Source: Diplonema japonicum
Lineage: Eukaryota; Protista; Euglenozoa: Diplonemea
Assembly (NCBI GenBank): GCA_964019335.1
Contig: OZ025743.1
Location: 186,001 to 250,000 of the forward strand
Length of the DNA stretch: 64,000 nt
Direction of reading: 5' to 3'
The notes below the pieces were generated by a model. That model was not told where the DNA came from, did not search any database, and was given only the letters and a program-made list of their open reading frames with translations. The position numbers were made by a program, and so were the translations under genes. This document shows, in pieces, positions 33,797 through 45,200 of the stretch. Position 1 is the stretch's first letter. Each line of letters opens with the position of its first letter.

Positions 33797-33863
33797 GCAT
33801 GGTGTGTGTGTGTGTGTGTGTGAGTGGAAAGAAAAAAAAAGGAAAAAAAAACCCCCCCAGCTT

Positions 33864-36209
33864 TTAATAATACACAGGAGGGCCTTGGTAACCGTAGCCC
33901 TGAGGAGGGGGTGGAGGGTAAGAGGGTGGTGGTGGTCTATTGTTGCCTCCCCTGTAATCGTCATGCTGGCGGTGTCTGTGGTTCTGTCTGTGCCCACCGT
34001 GGCTGTCGCCGCTCCCCCGCTCCCGCTTGGCACGCTTCCACTCCGGTTCATCCGAGGGGATGGGGATGGGCAGGTTGTTCTCCCTGGCGTGTATCTCCGC
34101 CTTCACATCCCTCACATCCCTCGCACGGTCTCGAGGATTTTCCTCGAAATACCTTCTAAGATCCCGCGGTATCTTTCTCTTGTTCTCAGGGTCCTGCGGG
34201 TCGTACCGTGAATGGCTGAAGAAACAGCGATCCTTCAAAGGACACATCCCCAGGTTCTGCAAGGTTTTACAGTAAGGAATCTCAAATGTGTGCATGAACT
34301 TGCAATCGTCCCCAGAATTGCACTTCGCCTTCTGCGTGAAATACTTACAAGGTATCCTTCGCATTTTTCGAAGCTCGGCGGGAGAGAGGTGTCGTTCTGG
34401 TTCTTGTGCGGCGCTAGGAGCGTCGCCGATTTGCCATTTCGCGCGTTGCTGCTCAAGCTGAGCATCGGAAATAGGCGGGAATTGTTCCTTAGAATTCTCC
34501 GCGGGCACGAGGACGAACTCTGGATGCTCCACGATGTACCTTGTTTTTTTCAGGTTCTCCGCGATAGTTAGCGTGTCGTCCAGTGTGTGATATGCAACTT
34601 CGGTGCCCAGCCTGTTCGCAAACATCAGGATTCTGTAGGAGTCGGAAAGGATGTTCTTCACCATCGCTCGGGTTTCTGGTTTTTTCGATTCTGCTCTGCT
34701 GGTTTCGACGTCGATGGCCCATTTCGACTGTGTTCTCTCCTCTGGACCGAAATCTTCGTCGATATTGTCGTCGTCCTCGATAGTTTTTTGTTCGTTTTCC
34801 TCTTCTTCTTCTTCTTCTTCTTCGGGTTCGTTTTCGTTGCCCCCGTTTAAGATTCTGTCGAGTCGTTCCATGTCCTCGTCCCGCTTTCTCTTTTTGGGGT
34901 TCACCGAAACACGGATTTGCTGTTGTTCACCGTCGTGGCCCTCCAACGTATCGCAAAGATTTGCGTAGTCTGGATCAGATGGAAGATCATCTTCTTGATT
35001 ATCACGCAGAACATTCGCGTTGGAAAAAGATGTCCTGCTTGCTTTGGGTCCGTGTTCCGAGTGGTGGATGTGTGTGAAGGAGCAGCTGTTTCCGTTCTTA
35101 CAACGGCGGGACCGCCAGTAGAAATCGCATATTCTCCTTTCCCCCGGGTTGGGCCGCGGGGGTGGATCGATAGCACGAGATTCATCTTGATTATTACCGT
35201 TTTTTCTAATGAATCTTCTCGTGGCTGTTCCAAGAGGAACGACACCGGGGCCGGATACGTTCGACGCGCGTTTTCTTTTTGTGTCGGCGTCTTCTTCGGT
35301 AATGTCAAAGAGGACTTCTAATCCAGGCTGTAGGGAAGCACCTCCGGGCATTTGAAGTTCGCGTCTGTGTACGAATATTTGTTTTGCGGTTTCGTCGTCG
35401 GGGTCTGTTATGGTAATAAACCCGTATCCTTTGTCCTCGTCCCATTTCTGAACTGTTCCTTTTGTGGAACCTTCTTTTTCGGGTGGGTTGGCTGCTTGGC
35501 TTTCCGTGGTAATGAGCTGCTCCCTGCGACGTTTTTTCATTTCCCAGAATTTATTCCAAACGTCGTGCCTGCGCAGTTTCTTCTCGCGAAACACCGCGAG
35601 ATTTTCTAAAACATCTTTTAACCGATGCCGCTCGTTGACAAGCCTGCTGAATTTAACAGTCTCCCCGTTATGATGTACCGAAAAATCTATCTTCCACAGG
35701 ATTGTGTCTGTTTTCGCGATGAATCTTGAAAAATTTGTTTGGTTTCTGGTAAGACCTTTTGATTGAATAGTGAGATGCAATCCTCTGGTTTTCGCGGCTT
35801 CTTTTAGGTAATGCTGTGGGGTTGGCAGGGTGTCTAAGGAGAATGGAGTGTGACCCGGGAGTTTTTTGTGGTAGCCTTTTATAACGTTTACAAAGTTTTC
35901 AAGGAAAAAATAATCCTCGTACAGTGTGGTCTCGTTGTAGTCCTCCGTCCCCACCATTTTAGGACGTCGCTTGCCATCGCAGTTCCATTTTTCCTTGTGT
36001 GCTTTAACGCACGGGACAGAACAGGTTTCCCTTGCGCAGCCTGGGCATCTGTATTTCCCTTTTTGCTCGCACACGCAGCAGGTCATTTCTCTGTTCGGGG
36101 GCTTTTCTGTCGTTACCGGTTTCAGCCCTGCTCCTAGTGGCTTCTTTGAGAGATCTCCCACCACCGCCATTTGAAGCATATCTGTGCCTTGTGACAATGC
36201 ATCGGGCAT
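33864..36209 (-). CDS. BCD1: Box C/D snoRNP assembly factor BCD1/ZNHIT6 homologue with cold-shock and CCCH domains
   Basis: zf-HIT CCVC..KYRCPGC..CSVPCVKAHK..CDGKR, LYEDYFFLE, ILWKIDF and C-terminal TIAENL..IVEHPEF. CSD: KGTVQKWDEDKGYGFI..IFVH. Three CCCH fingers. Confidence 0.8.
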   Translation of the reverse strand: MPDALSQGTDMLQMAVVGDLSKKPLGAGLKPVTTEKPPNREMTCCVCEQKGKYRCPGCARETCSVPCVKAHKEKWNCDGKRRPKMVGTEDYNETTLYEDYFFLENFVNVIKGYHKKLPGHTPFSLDTLPTPQHYLKEAAKTRGLHLTIQSKGLTRNQTNFSRFIAKTDTILWKIDFSVHHNGETVKFSRLVNERHRLKDVLENLAVFREKKLRRHDVWNKFWEMKKRRREQLITTESQAANPPEKEGSTKGTVQKWDEDKGYGFITITDPDDETAKQIFVHRRELQMPGGASLQPGLEVLFDITEEDADTKRKRASNVSGPGVVPLGTATRRFIRKNGNNQDESRAIDPPPRPNPGERRICDFYWRSRRCKNGNSCSFTHIHHSEHGPKASRTSFSNANVLRDNQEDDLPSDPDYANLCDTLEGHDGEQQQIRVSVNPKKRKRDEDMERLDRILNGGNENEPEEEEEEEEENEQKTIEDDDNIDEDFGPEERTQSKWAIDVETSRAESKKPETRAMVKNILSDSYRILMFANRLGTEVAYHTLDDTLTIAENLKKTRYIVEHPEFVLVPAENSKEQFPPISDAQLEQQRAKWQIGDAPSAAQEPERHLSPAELRKMRRIPCKYFTQKAKCNSGDDCKFMHTFEIPYCKTLQNLGMCPLKDRCFFSHSRYDPQDPENKRKIPRDLRRYFEENPRDRARDVRDVKAEIHARENNLPIPIPSDEPEWKRAKRERGSGDSHGGHRQNHRHRQHDDYRGGNNRPPPPSYPPPPPQGYGYQGPPVYY

Positions 36210-37626
36210 TTTTTTTTTTTCTTTTTTCCTCCCGCCCCCCCTCCTTCGCCTTTTTTTTTTTTTTTTTTTTTTTTTGCTTGAATCATTGTCAAAAAAAATT
36301 TTTAAAAAAAAAAAGGGCCATAAGCCTACACGACTCATTTTTTTTAGGGAAGATGGGGGAGGGGGGGGAAGGGGGAAAAGAAAGTGAATTGGAAAAAAAA
36401 AAAGGGGAAAAAAAAAAGAGGCACTGGCCGTTTGTTTGTACGTGCCGGAAAAAAAAAAAAAAAAAGATAAAGAAGCTTGCTTAGCTTAACTTTAAAAAAA
36501 GAATTTTTTTTTGTGGCCATACCCCCATGAGATTTCCCGCCTGACGAACCCCTCCCTCCCTCAAAAAGAATTCCTACAGGATTAGAAACAGCAAAGGAAA
36601 CCTTGGGAAAATTTGGACCACAGTTTTAAAAAATCTTTTTTAAAGTTAAGTTTAAGCTTGGCTAAACGGGGGGGAGGGGGGAGGGCATCGCAATCTCATC
36701 ACCTTCAACAATGCGCTACCCAACATAAATTTGTGAGGTTTTCTCTTTTTTTTTTTTTTTTTTTTTTGGGAAATCTCTTTCTTTTTGTTTTCCTTCCTTT
36801 TTCCTTCTCGCACGCCCGCTTTTTTTTCTCTCTTTTTTTTTTTTCGTTTTTAAAAGATTTGGATTCTCAAACACCTTTAGAGATATGAATAAGAAAAGCA
36901 GAAGTTCGGGCGTGCCCCCCCCCCCCCCCCCTTTTTTTTTGAAACTAAATAATGAGGAAAGAAATGGGAGGGTGGGGTAAATGAGGGATACAGCATTTTG
37001 TTTTCTATTTTTATTTTTATTATTTTTATTTATTTATTTACAGTCTCTTTTTTTTTTTTTTAAAGGCACCATTTAGAGAGATCTATCAGCCATTATATCA
37101 GCAGTAGTCATCTGCCCAAAACTGTGCATCTAGTTAGCATAGTACTTTTACCTAATTTTCAACAATAAAAAAAAAAAATACCGTAAAAATCTCTTTATTT
37201 TTTCTGGGAAAACCTTCTCCTAGAGACGAATCTTAAGTGACACCCTCACTTGTCAGTGGGATGGAGATATTGCAGAGGGTAGTTTTCACGTGCCCCTACC
37301 CCCCCCTTTAAGAACCCTTACAAAATTAAGAGATTTTTACAGTAAACTGGGGGGGGGGGGGGGGGGAAAGGGGGAAAAAAAAAACACGATAACCATGGGA
37401 CGCAACAATGTGCCTCTTCAAAAGGTAAGGTGTCAAAAAAAAGGGGGTGGTGGGGGGTGAAGTCAGTGGTGTCTGTTTCGTTGTGTTGTGTTGTGTATTT
37501 TTTTTTTTTTTCGCGCTTCAGCCATTTTTTTTTGTTGTTGTTGCTTTTGTGGAGGGTTTATTTATTTTATTTTTTTTTTCTTTTTTTTTTTACAAGGCAT
37601 TAAAAAGGATTAAAAAGAGCAGAACT

Positions 37627-37671
<45 letters not shown>

Positions 37672-37982
37672 ACCCCGAAGCCACATCATTTCGGGGGGTG
37701 TCGCTATTGTTGGTTAGCTTTTCCTCTTCAACGGAAAAAAAAAAAAAAAAAAAAAAAGGTGCAATTGCCTGGCTGGCCAGCGTGATGTCATAAAAGAACT
37801 ATCGTGGGGGGGAGGGAGGGGAAAGGGGAGGGGGTGTGCCGAGGGGTGAAAACCTCGGGGGGGGGAGTTTGTAACCCCGAGTGTGCAAGTTTATAAAAAT
37901 CTTTTTTTTGATTTTTTTTAAACAAAAAAAAGGGAGGGGAGAGAGAGACAAGTTGCAAATGTTTACGGGTTTTAAACATCCA

Positions 37983-38022
<40 letters not shown>

Positions 38023-38356
38023 CCGTCGTCCATGCTTTGCAACGAATGAACTGTCTCCTTTTCTCTTTTTACAGGGAGGGGGGATTCGAGTGCACACAGC
38101 GCCCATCTCTTACCCCTCCTGTGCATAACAAAACAAGAACAAAAAAAATCCATATTTTTTAATTTCAAAAAGAGGGGAGAAAAAAAAAAGAAGAAAAAAA
38201 AAGAATAACAACCAAAACAGAACGTATCAAACGAATGAAAGAAAAGGTAAGGGAAAATTATACAGGTACACATCTTTTTCACGCAAAATCCAATTGGATT
38301 TCTTTTTTTTTTTCCCCCCACTTTGAAGGACAAAAAAAAAAAAAAAAAAAAGAAAA

Positions 38357-38399
38357 TGGGGCTTTGGTTGCAACACTATTTGGCGTTAAGTGTGCAGCG
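38357..38399. repeat. 43-nt hairpin repeat family A, copy 4 (subtype 1), followed by ~110 nt of complex sequence
   Basis: Identical to 14015-14057. Confidence 0.9.
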
Positions 38400-39728
38400 A
38401 GGTGGAAGGTCTATCTTGTGTTGCTACCTTCTGCGTCTCGACCACCTCTGACAGTTTTGTCAGCACTCTGGCTAGCCAGTTTGCACGCCATATCTTCCAA
38501 GATGTGCTGTTTAAAAAAAAAAAAGTAGGGAAAAAAAAAAAAAAGAAAAAAAAACAACAAATAAACAACATTGTCGGCCCACCTAAGGGCAGCTGGAGAG
38601 TACCGCACCTTGAGATCTTACTTGTATTTTTTTTTTTATTCTTTTTTTTTACTTATAGTTTTTATTATCTTTTTTTATTTATTTATTTTTTTTTTTTTTT
38701 TTACCGTTTCGAAATACGGTATTTCCCCTCCCCTGTGTTCCACATTAAGGGAGCACACTTGAGAAAAAAAAACAATTTAACATGGCAACTGAATACCCCT
38801 TGTTTTTTCATTTTTTTCTTTTCTTTTTTTTTTTTTTTTAAATTTCTTCTTTCTCCCATCCATGTGGCTTTTCCCAACATTTCTTTTTTTTTTTCCGTCT
38901 GTTTCTTGTGTTTTGCAGGCTAATAACTATGTTGGATATCAGGGACAAAGATAACCCCAGGGGGCTTGTCCCGTCCAAGAAGCTATTACAGCCATTTTTT
39001 TTTTTTTTTCGCCCTTTTGTACTATACTTAACCAAAAGCACCTTCATTTGCATACTCACAAGGTGAGGGGGGAGGGGAGGGGAGGGGAGGGGGGGATTAA
39101 AGTTGATGGGGCAAAAGAGATGACATTTTTTTTTTAAATATTTTTTTTTCTTCACTTTACTTTATTTATTTTTAAAATTCCAATACCCCCCCCCCCTTTG
39201 GACATAAGGAGGTCGAAATGAAAGAATGAGCTGCGTGTTTGCACAAACATTTTTTTGTTTTCTCTTTTTTGAGGAATAAAGAAGCTGAGGGGAAGTATGT
39301 AGGGGGGGGGGGGGGGGGGGGGGGGGAGTGAGTGAGAAGAAAAAAAAAGAAAGAAAGAAGAAAAAATCGGTTCGATTGTAAAGAAAAAAAAAAGAAGAAA
39401 AAAAAAACTCATTGCAATGAACGGGGGAGAGGCGATGTTTAAGGGCTATAAATCCAACTTGAGGACCCCCCCCCCCCTTAAAGAAAAACAAAAAAAGTTC
39501 CATTATCTCTATACTCTAGCTGAGGGAAATAAAAAAAAAAAAGGAAGAAGAAAAAAAAAGAAGTACGTTGCGGCTCAACCCCTCCCCCCCTTTTTTTTTC
39601 AAGCACTCCCTTCCACCGGTATTTTAGAGAATATATGAGGAGCTTTCTTTTTTTTTTCCCCCCCTTCGCCTCCCTCCCTTATTCAAAACAATATATATAT
39701 ATATAAAAAAAAAAAGAAAAAAAAAAAA

Positions 39729-41486
39729 TCACGACCAGCTAGCGCATTTCGGGTCGGGCGGGCTTGCCCTCGTCAGCTCTTCAGGGCAGAATTCATCAAG
39801 AGAAGGACACAAGGTGTCGGCGTAGTCAAGACAAGCCTCTCTTCTAAACAAAACAGCAAGGGATGAACAGGTGGGCCGCGAAGTAGGTGTGAAACACAGC
39901 ATCCTGTTGACTATATCCCGAAGGCTGGAAGGAATGGGCAACGACGCGGGCAGACAAGGTCGGGCCCGCCCGGTCATGATCCCCCACGAGACCTCCGCTG
40001 TCGTGGCCCCTTCAAACGGCAGGTAAGTAGTAATCATCTCCAAAACACAAATACCAAAAGAGTAAACATCCGCAGCAGGTGTATAAGCCTCCTCCGCCCA
40101 TATCTCAGGTGCAATAAACGAAAACGTCCCTGGTATTTTCGCCAGGTCCTCATCACCGTCGTTCCGGGCCCCGGTTACAGGATCCCTACGAGGTGCACCG
40201 GTTACCACAGAGGATCCTACACAGCTTAGACCGAAGTCTGCGATTTTTAACACACCGCCTTGGCTTACAAATATGTTGGAGGGTTTTAGATCTCTGTGGT
40301 GGATGCCTTTTAGATGAAGGTATGCCATTCCCCGGCATATCTGTGTGCACCAATCGAGTTTTGAGGTCCATTCTACAGGTTTTCTTTCGTAGCTGCGGAT
40401 GATGTCGCGGAGGTTTGCCGGGTCGCAGAGTTCGGTGACGAGCATAAGATTTTTTTGTTCGAAAGAAGCGCCGATTAACAGGAGGATGTTTGGGTGGCGC
40501 AGTTTTGTCATGACGTTGAGCTCCTCCATGAACTCTTGTTCCTCCTCGGCGGAGCCCTTCTCGGTCTTTTTTTGAATTTTTACCGCAACGTCGGTCGCGC
40601 CAGCGTAGCATCCCGCGTAGACGTTTGAAAACGCACCTTGCCCGATTTCTTTCGACCAGAACACCTCAAGGTCTTCGTGATTCACCTCAAAGTTCGCGAT
40701 AAGATGTCTCCCAACACCAGTAATCCTCGGGCTTTTAGGTGTACACGCAATATCAGCTGACGAACCTTCCGTAGCCGCCCAATCTTCATCGGAGCTATCT
40801 AAAATATTACCGTCGTCCGAATGCATGTTGAAGGTGACACGAACTTTTGTCTGATTCCTTGCAGCTTCCCTGATATCTGCTACGGTTTTTACAGCTTCGG
40901 TGTTAATGTGTGTTATGACCTTTCCAAGGTACTCCGCCAGCCCTGCATCTGCCGCGGGGGAGTTCTGTGACACGTCCATTAATTTTAAAGAACGCAGCGC
41001 GCATGTTATGCCCAGGTTGGTGTTTGCAGGCTTAATTATGGTGACTTTTATGGGTTCTGTCACGAATGAGGCGAATTTTGCCGCGAGTTTTTTCTGGCTG
41101 TGGTGTGGTAGTGCTGTGAATTGTTTGAAGACAGCTTGTTCCTCTTTTGTCATTGTTTTGGTGGGTTTGATAGGAAGTGCTGCAAGAGGAGGGGGTCTTG
41201 TTCTAGTGGGTGTTTTTCTGTTCTCGCTGTGGTAGGTGTTGTAGATTCCGTCCAGCGTGCTTACTGAGCTGCTGAGCTTTCTTAATGGCCTGGCGGGGCT
41301 TTTCCTCGTGGTGCTCCTCGAGCTCACCGAGCTGCTGCTGTTGCTTCGCTTGAAGGTCCGCGAGCCCCCTCCCGCGCTCATTAGCGACGACGATCTCGTG
41401 AATTTCGGGCTGAAACCCGATGACGTTGGTGGTTTCCTCGGGCTTCCCCTGGGACTCCCTCTGGGGCTCGATTTTGGGCTTTGCAT
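39729..41486 (-). CDS. TKL-group protein kinase with PDZ-like domain
   Basis: IGQGAFSNV, VAVK, LRHPNI, HRDLKPSN, DFG, GTFSFIAPE, DVYSFG; upstream PDZ-like LGI...V...SPAADAGL...ITHIN. Confidence 0.9.
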   Translation of the reverse strand: MQSPKSSPRGSPRGSPRKPPTSSGFSPKFTRSSSLMSAGGGSRTFKRSNSSSSVSSRSTTRKSPARPLRKLSSSVSTLDGIYNTYHSENRKTPTRTRPPPLAALPIKPTKTMTKEEQAVFKQFTALPHHSQKKLAAKFASFVTEPIKVTIIKPANTNLGITCALRSLKLMDVSQNSPAADAGLAEYLGKVITHINTEAVKTVADIREAARNQTKVRVTFNMHSDDGNILDSSDEDWAATEGSSADIACTPKSPRITGVGRHLIANFEVNHEDLEVFWSKEIGQGAFSNVYAGCYAGATDVAVKIQKKTEKGSAEEEQEFMEELNVMTKLRHPNILLLIGASFEQKNLMLVTELCDPANLRDIIRSYERKPVEWTSKLDWCTQICRGMAYLHLKGIHHRDLKPSNIFVSQGGVLKIADFGLSCVGSSVVTGAPRRDPVTGARNDGDEDLAKIPGTFSFIAPEIWAEEAYTPAADVYSFGICVLEMITTYLPFEGATTAEVSWGIMTGRARPCLPASLPIPSSLRDIVNRMLCFTPTSRPTCSSLAVLFRREACLDYADTLCPSLDEFCPEELTRASPPDPKCASWS

Positions 41487-42085
41487 TTTTTTTTTTTTTT
41501 TTTCTTTTTTTTTTTTTTTTCCCCCAACCCCTTCCTGTATATGTGTGCGTGTGGGTGTTTGTGTGGAGGGAGTTGTTATAACATAATATAATGTAAATCA
41601 CCGTGTAAAAGAGAGATTGTTGTTTTTTTTTTTTTTTTTTTTTTTCTTTTTTTTTTTTTTCCCCCTTCATTTGTAATGGGAAGGGGGCTGTTGGGGTTGG
41701 GATTACTCGTTGTTTGTTGTTATATTTTTTCTCGTTAATGGGGGAGGGGGATCAAAGGAAAAGGAAGAGAAAACAGAAAACTGTTTAAGGGGGGGGGGGG
41801 GGGACGGGAAAACACTTTTCTTTTTTTTTTATCTCGTGTTATTTTCATTTCTAATTTTTTTTTCTTTTTCAAAATAAAAAAGTTTACAAAAAGGGTTTAG
41901 ATTAGTCCCTCTTTTTTTTTTGTGTTTTGATATTCAAAAGCACCACACACTATTGCAAAAGAAAAAAAAGGAAAATTGGGGAAAATAAAGAGCAACGTGG
42001 TCATCGCTTAATACGAGCCAGCGGTAGGGATGGTTTATAATTAAAAAAAAAAAAAAAAACCTAGAGAACAAAAAAAAAAGATGTC

Positions 42086-42121
42086 TTTAAAGGGAACCTG
42101 CAGTATGTGACAGGATCGCCT
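42086..42121. repeat. Hairpin repeat family B, copy 2
   Basis: tttaaagggaacctgcagtatgtgacaggatcgcct, ~150 nt downstream of the NRPS stop. Confidence 0.7.
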
Positions 42122-42270
42122 AAAAAAAAGGGAGGGGGAAAAAAAAACGTTTGCCCACCCGAGAAAAAAAACTTTTTTTTTTTTAAAAAAAAAACTGAAA
42201 GTGTAATAAATATCAAAATTGAACCTCCTCATCTTTTTCTTTTATTATTTCTTCTTTCTTTTTTTTTTTT

Positions 42271-45200
42271 TTAAAACACAGGCACACACGGCGCCGCCAG
42301 AGGGTAAGGCATATAACTAACCAAATCTGTGAAATCTTCCTTTCCCCTCTCCCTCTCGACACCTTTTTCTCCCAATACCAAAACAGCACCACCACAAGTC
42401 AAAGCATTGGCATAAACACGAGCCTTACCAATATCCTCTTGCAACGCATGTATATGCACCACCCTTGCATCCACAGGCCCCGAAATGTGCGTCGCTGTGG
42501 GCCGGTTCTCAAGGACAAGAGAAGAATTATCTGTCGGGATAATATGTGCTACGGTAGGAGTAGGTATGGAGTCGGTGAGAATGGCCAGCTCTATGGATTG
42601 TGTTGATGCTGTTGTTGTTGTGGTGGTGGCTTGTTGCTCCCGTTGCTTGCTGTCAATCAAGTTCGCCAGCGCCTCCACGGTCGAATATTCGAACAGATTT
42701 TGCAGAGTCAAAACCCCCGTTTTGAACCCGAACGATTTCTTCAAACCGCTCACCACCGCCACCGCGCTCAGCGACGACCCACCGATTTCGAAGAAATCCG
42801 TTGTTTTCCCCACAGACACCCCACCTGCCCCTATCTGCATCTTGTCCTTCCAAATTTTCTCGATTATCCTTTCCGTTTCTGTAGTTAACTGAACACAGTC
42901 ACCACGTGCTTCAAAATCAGGTGACGGTAGTTTTTTCCTGTCTAGCTTACCCGATACTGTCAGTGGGAAGCTGTCCAAGAACACCCATGCAAGGGGGATC
43001 ATGTAAGCAGGCAGTTTTGAACGAAGGGTCGTGAGAAGGACTGCCTCCGACACCGGAGGCACAACATAGCCCACCAACCTCTTGTCGGAAACCATGACAA
43101 GCGTGTCCTTCACAGAGGGTATCTCCCTCAGAACTGACTCTATCTCGCCCAGTTCTATCCTTAGACCCCGGATCTTCACCTGGTGGTCGATCCTTCCCAG
43201 GAACAGAACATTCCCACTACGTGTGTACCTCCCTAGATCGCCAGATTTGTACATTTTTTTCCCGGTGTGAAATGGGTCGGGTATGAACCTTTCAGCAGTT
43301 TGTCCAGGTAGGTTAACATAGCCCTTTGCCACGCCCACTCCGCTGAAATATATCTCCCCGATGACACCAGGGGGTACCGGGTTCAGGCTTCTGTCGAGTA
43401 TGTACGTTCTATAATTCCCCAGCGAGAAACCGATGGGCACTTGATGCGACTCCCTTCCGTTGCACAAATGGATGTTCGTGGTGACGGAGACCTCGGTTGG
43501 CCCGTATGAGTTGTAAAAACGCCTCCAAGGTGTGAACCATTCCAGCATAACCTCCACGGGCAGTGCTTCTCCCATGAGGATCATGGTGGTCACGTCTCGA
43601 AGTGTCATTTCAGTGGGTAAAACAGAGAGAACGCTGGGAGACAGTGTCACTGTGTTGATCTTGTTGTCGTTGAGGTACTGAACAAGATCGTCGCCAAGAG
43701 GTTGTTGTGATGTGTCTCCCATGTACAGAGCACCGCCCACGACAAGCGCCATGAAGATCTCGGAGAACGACGAGTCGAATGTCAGGGAGGCGAACTCCAT
43801 CACACGTTCAGTGTGGTCGAACTGGTACACATCCTTCTCCGCGAAGATCATGTTTGTGATCCCCGCATGGTGGATCTGCACGCCCTTCGGTTTACCGGTC
43901 GAACCAGATGTGTATAGTATGTAAGCAAGGTCGTCCCCTGACCCTTCCGCGGGGCACGGTTGTGGTTTGTTCCTTCCCATTTCTCTCACATCGGTCAGGT
44001 TTGTTGATGGCATTCCGTCGGGTGCAGCGATGTTGTTCTCCGTCAGCAGGATTTCCATGTCGCAATCGTCCATGATGTACCTCAGCCTGTCAGCGGGAAG
44101 CGCGGGGGAAAGAGGGATGTACACCATACCGGCCGTCCACACGGCAAGCATCGCGGTGATGCCGTGGTGTGTTCTGTTCGTCAGAACACCGATCTTCGAC
44201 TTCTCCGGAAGGTTCAAGGATCGGATCCCCGATGCAAGCTGCATTACGACATCGTACAGCCCAGCGTATGTAAACGTCTCTTCCCCGTTGACAATCGCTG
44301 TGCTGTCAGGGTATTGCGATGCCGTTTCAAAGACAAGATGGTGAAGCCGTTTCGTGCTGCACGGCCAGTCCTTCCCCGTGTCGTTCCATTCCACGATTGC
44401 TCGGTGAGATTCCTCTGGGGAGGCCATAGGGACATTCTGCACGGGTTCTGCGGGGGATGCGAACAGCACGTCGCTCAGTCTTCTGTACCCCGCGGCCATC
44501 TGCACAATGGTCTCCCTCTCGAACAGATCGGTGTTGTACTCAAACCCGAATTTCACGCAGCTTCCAGAGTCCGTTGCCGTTACGTTCAAATCGAACTTAG
44601 ATCCTTCGGGTGCGATGTCAAGCGGCTTCAATGTAACACCACCCTTGTGCATCTCACTGCACACATCAGATGCAACATCGAACATGAGCTGGAACAATGG
44701 GTTCTTCGAAGGGTCACGTTCAAGCTGCAGTGCGTCGAGGACCGACTCCAACGGGACGTCTTGGTTGGCCTGCGCGTCGTGCATTGCGGTGCTCACCTTG
44801 TTGACGATGGCTGTGAAGTCCGTCGCGCTGCCCGACATGTCCAAGCGGACGGCAACGGAGTTCACGAAGAACCCAACCATCTTCTGCGTTGCCGTCTTGC
44901 CTCTGTTCGCAATCGGAACCCCTACCACAATGTCGTCCTGCCCCGTGTACTTCCCCACCAGCACGGCGAACACAGACATCAGCATCGTGAACATCGTCAC
45001 ACGGTGTGTCTTCCCGTATTCTCTGATACGATCCAACACAACACCATCGATGGTGATTGTCTCCGTTGCACCGTTGAAGGTCTGCATGGTGGGCCGCGGG
45101 TGGTCCAACGGGAGCTCAACAACCGGCGCGTCACAAAGTGTATCCTTCCAGTACTGAAGCTGCGCATTAAGCACTGCTGGAAGCGTCTCTCGCTGCCATG

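Noticed and set aside
14015-38399. Family A repeats as a CRISPR array
   Set aside because: Copies are kilobases apart, with no spacers or cas genes, in a eukaryotic context.
36400-39700. Many poly-K/poly-F ORFs in the long intergenic region and elsewhere
   Set aside because: They are translations of A/T homopolymers, not credible proteins.
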